DNA of 61,951 nucleotides, counting the filler, from Chiloscyllium plagiosum (Eukaryota): assembly GCF_004010195.1 (NCBI RefSeq). It is 5 parts of one record of this genome, joined end to end, with 100 filler letters (N's around TTAATTAATTAA, not from the genome) between each part and the next. Parts side by side here need not be neighbours in the genome. Positions count along the whole stretch, not along the records: positions 22,096 to 49,834 come from NC_057715.1; 4 more parts are not named here. One strand, written 5' to 3'. Within the stretch, counting starts at the first letter, position 1. Each line of letters starts with the position of its first letter. Both the position numbers and the translations under genes were made by a program. Shown one piece after another: positions 24,746 through 36,530 of the stretch. The notes under the pieces were generated by a model. It was not told where the DNA came from. It saw only the letters and a program-made list of their open reading frames with translations, and made no database searches.

Positions 24746-25717
24746 TATGGTCAAATTTAAGGAAATTATAGTCATAAAATTCCAACTGATTCGCTGATGA
24801 TTCTCTCCCTGACCAAGTAGAGACTTAATGCAGGCATACACTCATACTAATTTTGGAATATTCCTATCCTAGGAACAGATCAGGATCATTGATTGCATTG
24901 CATCTTCCACCATCTTATAAATTCAGCTGTGGAAAGGAAAACCTATAGTTAACCTTCATTATCCACCACCAATTAATGCCTTAAATAACAATTAACAACC
25001 ACTTAAATTAACAACCACTTAAATTAACAGTCACGTGATCCACTCTGGACTGAATTTTCTTCACATCAGACTGAAGGAGAAAGAGCTGACCTACTTGACT
25101 GGGCACGCTGGCAGTTTCGATTGGGGTAGAATCCCTAAATTAGTATTAAAACACCAAGGGATCCTCTTGCTTTCATGGATAGCCTCTGAGAGTTGGCTAG
25201 CTGCACTTGATAGCGACACTTCTACTACCCCTCTACCTGTGAACTCCAACTCTAGAAAACCCCTCCCCCCCCCCTCCCCAAACAATACTTACCTTCTTCA
25301 GTGGTTGTCCTCCACCTGGGGTTCCTGGTGGCAGTGTCCAAGGAGCACTGCTGCTGAGTTCTGGAATTTCTGGCCTCTGATTAACCTACTTACTTCAGAC
25401 AGGACGTCCAAGTCTGATTGTGTAACTCCAGTAAAAATGCTGCCAGATATTCATCAGCAGCCGAACTGATTTGACACACATTCTGAGCAAGAAAGGCTGC
25501 TGGTCAGGTTCATGTGGCACAATGTTAGTGTCCCTACCTCTGAGCCATGATCCCTGGGTTCAAGTCTGATCTGCTTCAGAGGATCGTAATTACTAAATGT
25601 ATTGATTAGAAAAATATCTAGGCTATGTGTTTCCCTCTGGTAAACGTTTCCATTTTAGAATTTAGTACAAATATGCAAAATTTCCAAAACCATGTGTGAT
25701 TAATAAGATTTGGGTGA

Positions 25718-26470
25718 GGATGTCCATGAATCACAAAAAGCTAACAAGTCAGTTCGTTGGGCAAGGCGAATGGAAGGCTGGCTTTTGTTTTGAAGGAAAT
25801 GGATAGGAAAAGTAGGAAGGTTTGCTAAAATGAAACAAGGTACTAGTCAGACCACAGCTGAGATACTGTAGACAGTTTAAAACCCCTTATCAAAGGAAAG
25901 ATACACTGGCATTGGAGGCAGTCTGGAGAATGTTCACTAGGCTGATACCAGATATGAAGGGACTGTCTAATGAGAAGATGAAACCTTATTGAAACATACA
26001 ATATTCTTTGATAGCTCAACAGGATACATGCAGCAAGTTCTGAGGGTCACCAGACCTGAAATGTTAACTCTGATTTCTCTTCACAGATGCTGACAGACCT
26101 GCTGAGCTTTTCCAGCAACTTCTGGTTTGGTATTTGTAGAAAGATTGTTCCTCCTCGTGGGATAGTCTAGGACCAGGAGGCATAATCTTAGAATAAGGGG
26201 TTGTACATTTAAGATGCAAATAAGGAGGAATTTCTTCTCTTTGCGGGTTGTGAATATGTGGAATTCTTTCCCACATAGAGCTGTCAAGGCGAGGCTATGA
26301 GGCATAGTCATCGCTCAGATAGACAGATTTTTAATCAATAAGAGAGTTCAGGGTTGTGGGAAAAGGCAGGGAAGTGGAGTTAAAGATTGTTAGATCAACC
26401 ACGATTTCATTGGTTGTGGAGCAAACTCAATGGACCTATTTCTAGTCCTATGTCTTGTGGTTTTATGGTG
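25718..26470 (+). mobile_element. Decayed CR1 3' fragment containing a short PLE-derived insert (~26040-26135)
   Basis: tagtcagaccacagctgagatactgt, tctaggaccaggaggcataat, aatttcttctct...gtggaattct CR1 motifs. Confidence 0.65.
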
Positions 26471-26916
26471 AGGAAGTCATAACAGCAGCAAAATAATTCA
26501 AGGCAAGCATCATCTTAACAGTCACCACCAGAACTATCCTTGGTCCACAAAGCATTTTGAGGGTGTGGATTCATGAACTTGCCCAGTTCTGTCACAGCCT
26601 CACTCAAAGATTATTGTCCTATCATACTGGTTTTGACATGTGCAAGGTATTATTATTTTGGCTTGCGTATTACACATCTGGGACAGTGAGGAAAGGATGG
26701 CTAAATCTTGAGCAACCAACATTCTCAATGTGCATGATCTTTCTGATTGGCCTTGCTCTCCTTATATTTAGTAGAGAGAGTGGTTTGCTGTTGAAATATA
26801 ATGAATTCTGTGGTAGTTCTGGTCATTATGTGTGCATTTGTCTTGCTTAGTGTGAAAATTTTAACAAATTAATGCTACTAAATGAATAGGGCATATCACT
26901 TAAACAAGATCTATAC

Positions 26917-27071
26917 CTGTAGGTGAGTTCCTTCTTGTTAAACTTAGGTTTGCCAGGAAAAAAAGAGAACGTCTCGAAGTCAGTTACTCCACAACGAGGG
27001 ACTCCATTTGATTTAAATGTTCCATTGACAGGCTTCCTGGTTACCTGAAGTTGATATGCAGTCTGTTTTAC
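26917..27071 (-). CDS. Matrix metalloproteinase pro-domain exon with cysteine switch
   Basis: ctgtttcttgcatctag|GTA...TACAG|gtatag; 155 bp, phase 0-2, in frame with 23055-23203; VKQTAYQLQVTRKPVNGTFKSNGVPRCGVTDFETFSFFPGKPKFNKKELTYR. Confidence 0.93.
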
Positions 27072-28471
27072 CTAGATGCAAGAAACAGGTGTATTTTTCA
27101 GTGATACTCAAATTTTTATTTTTGCATTAGCAACAGCAACATTAGCAAACCAATGCTAAGGATCATAAAGTACATGACTTTGAAAAGTGTAATTTTGGAG
27201 ATGTAATTCTGTTACTGGGTGACTAATTAATGGTAAACAGACATTCTCCCACATTTTATTTAAATAATCATTTCATATTTTCTTAAATGCCTCATTTGAA
27301 CTTAACTGTACCATCCTTCAGGCAGTGTCTTCCAGACCCGAGTCACTTGTACGATAAAGGATTTTCTCACAACACATTTTCTCCTTTTGCATATCGCACT
27401 AAATTTTTGCCCGTTTGTTCTTAATCTTTGTATGAGTTGGAACAGTTTGCCCAATGTAGTCTAACGGACTCCCTTATGACTTTGAAAACTCCAATCACAG
27501 CTGCTCTTAGCCTTCTCATCTCGAAGGAAACAAGTCCCAATTTCTCTCATCTCTCCTGGAAGTAGAAGTTCTGTTTGATAGCTATGAGGCACAGGGGCCA
27601 GGTCTACAGTGCACAGTTTCAACAGAGTATTGAACTCAGACATTTACTAAATGATGGAATTTCCTGTGTTTTAAAAGTTGATTTTATTAAAACTGTACTG
27701 TGTTGCATTTAGCATGAAGTCACTAAGTTTATCTTTGATGTTGGGAAACTTCTATAAACAAAATACGTGACAAAATTAATATCCTAATGGGACAAATGTG
27801 AGTTGATTCAGAAAAGTCAGCATGTATTCTGGAGAGAAATATTATGTTTAATTAAATTACTAGAAAATTTGAAGGCTATGACAAGATTGAAAAGGAAAAA
27901 AAAAGCTGTTCATATTAGCTGATGACAGAAGGATGAGGGAATGAAGATTTACATTTTTGAGTAGGGATATCTCGAGAACTTTTTGAATGCAGAGAGTGGT
28001 TAAGACCTGCAACTTGCTGGCTACCACTTGGGAAGCAGAAATACTGAGGTAATTTAAATGAAAACTTGGAAAACAGAAATAGATAATAATTATACAGGGA
28101 TAGAGCAGGGAGATGGTACTGATTGGCTTTTTGTAAGGAGAGTTTGTATAAACATCATGGGCTAATTGGCCTCCTTCTGTGCCATAATGACTTTAAGATT
28201 ATAACTTTATACGTCCAATTTGCAAAACTAGAATTTCTGAGCAGTGGGACAGTTGATCATCCAATCTACTGGAACCTCCCAGAATCCAGTGAGTTTTGGA
28301 ATATTTCACCCAATGCTCCATAATCTCTTCAACCCATTGGGTGCCAGCCATCAGAATCTGGTGACTTGTCTTCCTATAGTCCAATTGGTTTGTAAAATAC
28401 TTTGTCCCGTGTAGTGGAAACTGTTCCAAGATCTTCTCTTCCATTAGTATCTTACTTATCTGTTATCTTTG

Positions 28472-29192
28472 TGTTATGACATGGAGTAAATCCCTCTGCT
28501 AATTTAATCCAGCCACACAGAAAAATTTCACCTCACGCCATAATCTGTTAAATTCGAGCCGAAAAGAACTATCCCAGCGGTCACTATTTAAAGTAAAAAT
28601 TAACAATTTTATTCTATAAGTCCAATAGAGAATATTGAAACCAACAACTATATACAATCCTTTCTCTTAAACCTATCTTTTACCTCCCATTCCACAATAC
28701 TGGTCCGATAAAAAAATCCTGATTAAGATTTACAAAAAGAAAATCACACTTCAAAAGCCAGTCAGCTTTGTTGATTCTCCTTTGAAGATTTTTCTTTAGG
28801 TTGGTTTCGATATTCTGCTGCGCAAACTTCTGATAGACATGTACCTTTCAGAGAGCTCTTCAACTTGCAGCCTATATTTGTGAATATCCTTGACAGTTCT
28901 TCTAACTATTCAAAATGTCTGGTTTTATAGCCCAAAACATCAGATCATTTCATTCATTTTAATATTATCAAAATACTAAATTCAAATTTGATTGAATTTT
29001 GGTATCTTGAAGTATAATTTAAATTGTTTGGCCAAATTTGAATTTCTTTTTGTTCCATGGCAATCATCTGCAGCTATTTGTTTCAACCAAGTGTTACATT
29101 CTTACTTTGTTCAGGGCTCTCTGTGCTTTGGCAGTCCTTGCTAGCTTTTCTACTCCCTTAAAGGTACAGTACACCGCTACACCTTCATAACA
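28472..29192. mobile_element. Solo LTR (Gypsy-type, 721 bp)
   Basis: TGTTATGA...TCATAACA termini; 4-bp TSD tttg at 28468-28471 and 29193-29196; inserted into an old CR1 remnant. Confidence 0.8.
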
Positions 29193-30179
29193 TTTGGGAT
29201 GTTTATGATGTCCACCACTGTGGCGAAGTGAAATATTGCTTTGAACTAGCTGTGATTTCTCTGTTCTCAACTTCCTAGTGCATCTTTCAAGAGTTCCATA
29301 CCTTATTACTCTTCCTGTATATCCATAGAAGCTCTTAATGTGTGATTTTACATTTCTTACCAATTTACTTTCACAACCAATTTCTCCTTCTTTATTAAGT
29401 TTATAGTTAGTCCACTGCTGGTTATTCAAAACATTCCAAATCTCTGGCCTAGTATTAGTTTTTGTCCCTTCTTATGTTTTGGTCTTTCTTCATCTTTGTC
29501 AATGATAAGTGGTTCATCTTTCTCATTGAGTCCTTCTGTTTGACCAGGACAAATTTTTGCTAAGCATTCTGAAATATCTGTTAAAATGTCTGCTATTGCT
29601 CAACCTGTGAATTTTCTCCTGATCTATTTTCCCAGCTCACTTTGAGATAACTCCTTCTCACTATCTCTGGAATTGCTCAAAGTTAAGTTGAGGACATTGG
29701 CTTAAAAACCTGAGTTGCTCATCCTCAAACTGAATTTGAAATTTTACCATGTTGTGATCTTTAACAATTCTATCATTTATTAATGCTATCTCATTGCACA
29801 TTACTAGACCTATGATAGCCTGTTTCAGATAGGTTCAGCAATGTACTACTCTTAAAAAATTGCTGGTGCACTCTACAAATTCCTTATTACTCTTGTCTAG
29901 TCAGTCTGCATATTTAAGTCACACTTTGTACTGGAGCACACTCTTACATACTTCCATATTTATCCAGATTCAGATTTTGTTTTGCATTGAAGCAATTCTT
30001 CACACGCCTATAGGCAATTCCCAGCTAGGACTTCTTTTCTTTGCCTTTCTTTGTTTCCGCCCAGACTGATTCCACAACCTGATCTGTTGCATTTATATGA
30101 TTCACCACCACATTGATACCAACCATTACTAAAAATGCTACCCAGCCTCCCTTTCCTTTTTTGCCGATTTTTCCAGAAT

Positions 30180-30482
30180 GAAAGAGCATAGCTCTGGGAA
30201 AAGCACAGCAGGTGAGGCACCATCCAAGGAGCAGGTGAGTCAATGTTTCAGGCATAAGCCCTTCATCAGGAATGTGGAAGGGGAAGGGAGCTGTGAGATA
30301 AATAGTGGGGTGGAGTGGGGCTGGGGGAAGGTAGCTGGTAAGGCAATAGTTGGATGCAGGTGGGGGGTAATTGGGATAGGTCGGTGGGGAGGGTGGAGCG
30401 GGTAAGTGGGCAGGAAGATGGACAGGTAGGACAGTTCAAGAGCATAGTGCTGAGTTGGATCTGGGATGAGATGAGGGGAGAC
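30180..30482 (-). mobile_element. PLE 3' end with hammerhead-like core
   Basis: Minus strand cattcCTGATGAagggcttatgcctGAAACATTga (~30240-30274); same family as 1-302. Confidence 0.7.
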
Positions 30483-31429
30483 ATGATTTCTGAATATTCA
30501 GTTCCTGGTTTTAGTCACCCTGTAACCATGTATTCATAATCATTATCAAACTTGTAATTTATTTCTATTTGTCTTGTCAATGTGTTATTCTTGTTACAAA
30601 CGCTGCACGCATTAAAATAGAGAGCTGCAAACTCTGACTTTTTAACCATTATTTCTCTCTCTGGTCTCAATTTCTACCTCACGTTTCTGCATATATTTTC
30701 TACTCCTTCCCTTAAGACATTATCACTCAACTTTTCACTATGCTGCAGCTCTGCTCTCTTGTTTCTTTTTGATTTTTCAAGCTTTTCTACAATTGAACTG
30801 TTTTCTCTCTTAAAATTAGTTTAAAGCTGCATCTACAATCCTAGTTTTACAATTTGTCAGGACTCTGGACCCAGCATGGTTCAAATGCAGCCTGTTTCCA
30901 TGGAACAGCTGTCTTTTTCACCAGTACAGGTGCTGGTGAGTCATGAATTGGAACCCATTTCTCCCATCCTACTCCTTAAACCATGCATTGATCTCCCTTC
31001 TCTTGTTTATCATATGACAGCTGACACATAGCTGAGGTTGTAATCCAATGATTATCACCTTTGTGGTTCTGCCTTTTCATTTATCTCTGAACCGCCGATA
31101 ATCTCTCAGCAAAATTTCTTTCCTAGACCTACCAATATCATTGTTACCCTTATGAACTACAACAACTGAATCTTATCTCTCCACTCCAAGTTCCTGCCCA
31201 GCCCAGAACAGATGTCTTAAACACTGGCATCAGGTAGGCCTCACACTCTCTGTGACTCCCTGGCCTTGCTGCTATTCCCCTAACTATGCTGTCACTTACT
31301 ACAGCAATCACATTCCTTTTTTTAATCCACCTCCACAACCCCTCAACAGTTATTGCTGTTCCCACTCTCTGTCACATTGTTTCAAAAACATGCTGTCTCC
31401 TGCTCTTAATGTAGCTGCTGTAACCACAC

Positions 31430-31652
31430 ATGTAGATGCTTTAGAAAGAGGGTGCAGAGGAGGTTTACCAGGAAGCTGCCTGGATTGGAGGGCATGTCTT
31501 ATGAAGAGAGGTTGAGTGAACTAGAGCTTTTCACTCTGGAGAGAAGAAGGAAGAGAGGTGATTTGATAGAGATGTACAAGGTAATGAGAGGCATAGAGAG
31601 AGTAGATAGCCAGAGACTTTTTCTCCAGGGCTGTCATGAGGGGCTATAATTT
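31430..31652 (+). repeat. Local inverted duplicate of CR1 segment 32030-32252
   Basis: Near-identical reverse complement; both copies translate QRRFTRKLPGLEGMSYEERLSELELFTLERRRKRGDLIEMYKVMR. Confidence 0.85.
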
Positions 31653-31779
31653 GCCTGGTTTCAGAAGATGCTGAACACAGTTTCTCTTCAGCTTATTCAG
31701 GCTCTCTCCTTCTCTTCATGAAGCTGACTTCTCTGATTTACAATATTTATGCTTTTGGACTCAAATCATTCTCCTAGTT

Positions 31780-33065
31780 ATAGAAATAGAACAGTTCACC
31801 ACAGTACAGGCCTTTCAGCCCACGATGTGGTCCCGAGCATTTATTTAAATCTAAGATTACCCCATCCTACACACCCCTCAATTTACCGCCATCCATGGGC
31901 TTGTTGCTTAAATATCCCTCATGTCTCTGACTCTACTATTACCACTGGCAGTGCATTCCACACACCCACCAATCTCTGTGTAAAATAACTACCTCTGACA
32001 TTTCCCATATATCTTCCTCCAATCATCTTAAAATTATAGCCCTTCATGACAGCCCTGGAGAAAAGTCTCTGGCTATCTATTCTGTCTATGTCTCTCATTA
32101 CCTTGTACATCTCTATCAAATCACCTCTCTTCCTTCTTCTCTCCAGAGTGAAAAGCTCTAGTTCACTCAACCTCTCTTCATAAGACATGCCCTCCAATCC
32201 AGGCAGCTTCCTGGTAAACCTCCTCTGCACCCTCTTTCTAAAGCATCTACATCCTTCCCACAATGAGGTGACCAGAATTGGACACAATATTCCAAGTGTG
32301 GTCTAACCAGGATTTTATAGAGCTGCAGCAAAACCTCGCAGCTCTTAAACTCTATCCCCCTGTTAATGAAAGCCAAAACACCATATATCTTCTGAACAAC
32401 TCTATCAACTTGGGTGGCAACTTTGAGAGATCTATATATGTGGACCCCAAGATTTATTGTTCCTTCACACTGTCAAGAATCCTATCTTTAACCCTGTATT
32501 TAGCATTCAAATTCAACCTTCCAACATGAATCACTTCACATTTATCCAGATTGAGCTCCATCTGCCACTTCTCAGCCCAGCTCTGCATCCTGTCAATGAC
32601 TTATTGTAGCCTGCAATAGCCCTCGACACTATTTACAACACCATTGACCTTTGTCAAAAAATGTGGTTCTAGAAAAGCACAACCAGTCAGGTAGCGTCCG
32701 AGGAGCAGGAGAGTTGACATTTCTCAAAACGTTGATTCTCCTGCTCCTCGGATGCTGTCTGACCTGCTGTGCTTTTCCAGCACCACATTCTTGACTCTGA
32801 TCTCCAGCATCTGCAGAGCTCCCTTTCTACCACTGTCCTTTGTGTCATCGTACTAACCCATCCTTCCACTTCTTCATCTAAGTCATTTATAAAAACTACA
32901 AAGAGCAGACGCCCAAGAACAGAGCCTTGCAGGACACCACTGGTCACCGACCTCCAGCAAGAATACTTTCTACCCACTGCCGGTCTCTGTCTTCCTTTGG
33001 CCAGCCAATTCTGTATGCAGAGAGCCAAATTTCCCTGGATCCCATACGCCCTAACTTTCTGAATG
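31780..33065 (-). mobile_element. CR1 LINE fragment with a palindromic PLE-derived insert (~32657-32826)
   Basis: SGVLQGSVLGRLLFVVFINDLDEEVEG, LVRPHLEYCVQFWSP; insert has inverted arms aaagcac...gtgctttt. Confidence 0.85.
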
Positions 33066-33248
33066 AAAGTTACGTCAGTTATGTCTGAAGAAAAGTCTTA
33101 TCAGTCTTGAAACATTAACTCTGCTTTGTTTTCATAAATACTACCAGATCTGCTGAGTTTCTCCAGGAAAATCAGTTTCTTTTTCAGATTTTGCTTTCTT
33201 TATTGATTGATCTCACCTGCTCTGCAGCAAAGGCTCTGATTCGCTTAC

Positions 33249-33374
33249 TATACGCGTGTTTTTAAGAGTCTTCAAGCTAACCACTTCGCTCAATCCTCTC
33301 AGTGATGCTGACTGACTGCAGTGGTCCTCATCTTGTTCAACTTTAATAATGGACTTAACTCTAGATTTGCCAGC
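33249..33374 (-). CDS. Candidate extra MMP pro-domain exon (phase 0-0, 42 aa)
   Basis: ctaaag|GCT...ATA|gtaagc; 126 bp open frame AGKSRVKSIIKVEQDEDHCSQSASLRGLSEVVSLKTLKNTRI; pyrimidine tract upstream (33420-33455); phases fit the neighbouring exons. No clear homology recognised. Confidence 0.4.
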
Positions 33375-33564
33375 CTTTAGTACTTCATGGAATATTATAA
33401 TCAGCAATATTTATGCAAAACATGAAAAGAAACAGAAATAGAACAAATCAAAAAAATATTCAGGTTAATCATAATCATCTGCTACACTTACATTTCTGAA
33501 AAAAGGATGTCTTTAAATATTTTATCTATCAAACAAGAATATTTAGGTTGAGTTATTTCCATAC

Positions 33565-33675
33565 CTCGGGAGTTTTTGTAACTGTCTCGTCTTTAGACAA
33601 TGGAAGTGCATCTGAAGGTATGGTTTGAAAGCCCAGTTCAAGTGCAATGGTGAGACAAAAATACACAGCCTTCAT
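33565..33675 (-). CDS. Matrix metalloproteinase exon 1 (signal peptide)
   Basis: aaaATGAAG...CCCGAG|gtatgg; 111 bp, phase 0; MKAVYFCLTIALELGFQTIPSDALPLSKDETVTKTPE with an A-L-P cleavage-type motif; TATA and AP-1 directly upstream. Confidence 0.85.
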
Positions 33676-33735
33676 TTTGGTTGTTTACTGTGTTGTAAAC
33701 AGCCTCAAGATAAAAGGCACAATACATTGTCTATC

Positions 33736-33894
33736 TTTATATAGAGCCAGAATATTAATCAACACTATGACTCAGATGAGAAATTCATACCTTGGAGTAA
33801 TCATTGCTGAGGTGTTGGGAAAATATTTTCTGATGTGTGGTTGCATAACATAAATTCTGTAAATTCTTTTCTGTTTAACTGGAAAGCAGGAAGT
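33736..33894 (-). promoter_or_regulatory. MMP proximal promoter: TATA, AP-1, Runx and Ets motifs
   Basis: TATATAAA 33736-33743; TGAGTCA 33768-33774; AACCACA 33836-33842; caggaagt 33887-33894. Confidence 0.82.
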
Positions 33895-34194
33895 AAAAAA
33901 AAACTAGAACCGAAGTAATATTTTATATTATAAAGAATTAGATAAACAGCAGACAAAATAGATTGCATGTAATGTTCTACAAACCCATATAGCTATGACA
34001 TTTTCAGCTCTGGACTCAAATGAAAACTAATATAAACATTAGTTTACATGTTATTTTATGATGTTTGTTGGGTAACTCTCTCTGACATTGAACAAATATA
34101 TATACACGAAACAACATTCAGGAACACATCCACCAATAAATCATCAGGAATAACAACACACATTCATCGAGTACTTTTAACTTAGTACATCAGA

Positions 34195-34705
34195 ATGAGG
34201 AGCAGGAGTAGGCCGCCTGACCCCTCGAGCCTGCTCTGCCATTCAATAGGATCAGGGCTGATCTTTTTATGGACTCAGCTCCACTTACCAGCCCTCTCAC
34301 CGTAACCCTTAATTCCTTTATTGTTCAATATTGTTCCTTAGCTTTAAAAACATTCAATGAGGAAGCTGCAACTACTTCACTGGGCAGGGAATTCCACAGA
34401 TTCACAACCCTCTGGGTGAAGGTGTTCCTTCTCAATTCAGACCCTTGTTTGCTATTTTGAGGCTATGTCGTCTTGTCCTAGTTTCTCCTGTCAGTGGAAA
34501 CATCCTCTCTATGTCTATCTTATCTATTCCCTTCATAATTTTATACGTTTCTATAAAATTCCCCCTCATTCTTCTGAATTCCAGTGAATATAATCCCAGT
34601 CTACTCAGTCTCTCCTCATAAGCCAACCCCCTCAACTCCGGAATTAACACAGTCAACCTCCTCCTCACCCCCTTCTAGTGCCAGGACATCCTTTCTCAAG
34701 TAAGT
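34195..34705 (-). mobile_element. CR1 3' fragment
   Basis: YEERLSRLGLYSLEFRRMRGNFIETYKIMKG. Confidence 0.85.
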
Positions 34706-35210
34706 AACACATCCTATGGCTTTTCAAAAGAGTAGTATACAAGTCAGGTTTCTAGCCACATCAGAAAATATAAGGAAAAGGAGCTAAACGTGTGTTTAAA
34801 AGGAGTTGCTGTTTGAGACCATAATCGAAGAGTAGGAGGAAGATAAATAGACAGAGAAGATTAGAGAAGAAATTCCAGAGTTCAGGACTTAAGCAGCTGC
34901 CAGTGGTGCCAGTATGCTTTTCTGCAGGAGCCAGTGGAACTACAGGTCATGCACAAGGAAGGCCTGTGCACCATCAGACGAATCCGTTTGATTTATCTGT
35001 CTGATTTTAAACTTCAGACTTGCTACTATTTTGAAATGCCCTCTTCATTTCTGACCTGCCTCTGTCTTGCTCACCTTTCACTGCTGCAATTACTTAGTCC
35101 TTAGACCCCTCTGTTGGGTCAGCAACTTCGAGATTGCAAGTGATCTGTGAGGAGGCTGTCTCTTTTATAATCGTTGAGTTAATCCCACAGTCAGCAATCA
35201 AGACATCTGC

Positions 35211-36530
35211 TGTGGGGAAAATCACTAGCTTTGGAGTCAGAGTCAGGGTTCAATGACAGAGTTTATTTTACAAGGAAATCCCGGAGCTCCAGGGGACAGA
35301 GAGACACCAACGGCACACTGAGCAGCTGCGAGTCTTCTCTCAACCCAGAGCGCATGTCAAGATACTTTTATGCATTTTGTGATACAATAGGTCAGTGATG
35401 AGGTTATTGTCTCTGTAAGATAGTTTATTTCTTGTAAACATTGCAGAATCATTTATAGTTTCGATGCAGTCATTGTCAGTTCCAGCACAGCCTTTGTTAA
35501 TTCAGTCCTGTGTAATCAATGGTGAGCCTGTAGCTCCCATCATGTTTTATTACTGGCCACATTGGGAAATTGGTTGTACTTGTGGTTGCTGTCGGGATTC
35601 CCTGTTTCACTAGTCCTTGTACTATCTCCACAACTGCTTCGGGTTTTATTGGGTATTGCTGGTGGGGCTTATGCTCGGTCTGGGAACCCTTATTGGGTCG
35701 ATGTTTACTCGATCTGTATTTAACTTTGTTTCTGTCCATGCTCCATGGACGAAGGCGCAGATGGCTCTGAATCTCCCCTTTTCAAGGTACCAGTCCCGAC
35801 TGGTGGCTGTAGTCTCTTTAATAGTTTCAAGGTGACTTGTAAATTTCCCAATCTCAGTCTTCCGACCATCCTGACTGGGCCAAATCAATCTCCCTTTTGT
35901 ACAATCGATTAGAACATTATATTCTCTCATGAGATCATTGCCCATTATGGCGCCCTCGTTATTTTGGCACACATAGAATCTCATGGGGATATATATGTTA
36001 TTTATTTCTACGAGGGTGGTTTTACTTCGGTAAGCTGGTGTTTTATCCCCTTCTACCCCAGTTAAGAGAATTATTTTATTTGTGTGGGGTAAGAGTAAGT
36101 TTGTGATGGATACGGCTGCTCTTGTGTCTACTAGCATCTCACATTTCCTCCCTCCGATGACTGCGGTTATGTAAATGCTCCCATCTCCCTCACCCTCACC
36201 AATGGGGGCAGCTGGTTGTCAGCTCTGCTGACCTCAGGATCCCCGTGGTTCTGTGGTGTTCTGGGTGGTGTTTGGGGGTGCCCCATGCTTTTCTCTGCAC
36301 ACTGCTTCTATGTGTCCTATTCTTTGGCAGTGGCTGCAGTATTTTACATTGTTCCCTGCTCTATTCCCTGCTCATAGGGCCCTACATTCTCCAGCAATGT
36401 GTCCCTGCCAGCTACAGTTGTGGGAGGATCGTTTCATTATACTCTCGCCTCCATTCCGGTCGGCTGCGGTGTCAGGTCTTGCCTTTGTTGCGGGAGCACA
36501 GAATAAACCGCTCTTGAAAACACGTTACCA
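35211..36530 (-). mobile_element. Internally deleted endogenous retrovirus-like element: gag NC, protease, RT N-terminus, partial 3' LTR
   Basis: Two zinc knuckles (36384-36425 SHNCSWQGHIAGEC; 36297-36338 CSHCQRIGHIEAVC); protease MLVDTRAAVS...IMGNDLM; RT QQYPIKPEA...NFPMWPVIKHDGSYRLTIDYTGLN; LTR-like 35211-~35495 with AATAAA, ending ...CCCCACA. Confidence 0.85.

Noticed and set aside
27116..27176. Hydrophobic MYFMILSIGLLMLLLLMQK just upstream of the MMP switch exon as exon 1
   Set aside because: Ends in a stop with no usable donor; a better exon 1 with TATA/AP-1 lies at 33565-33675.
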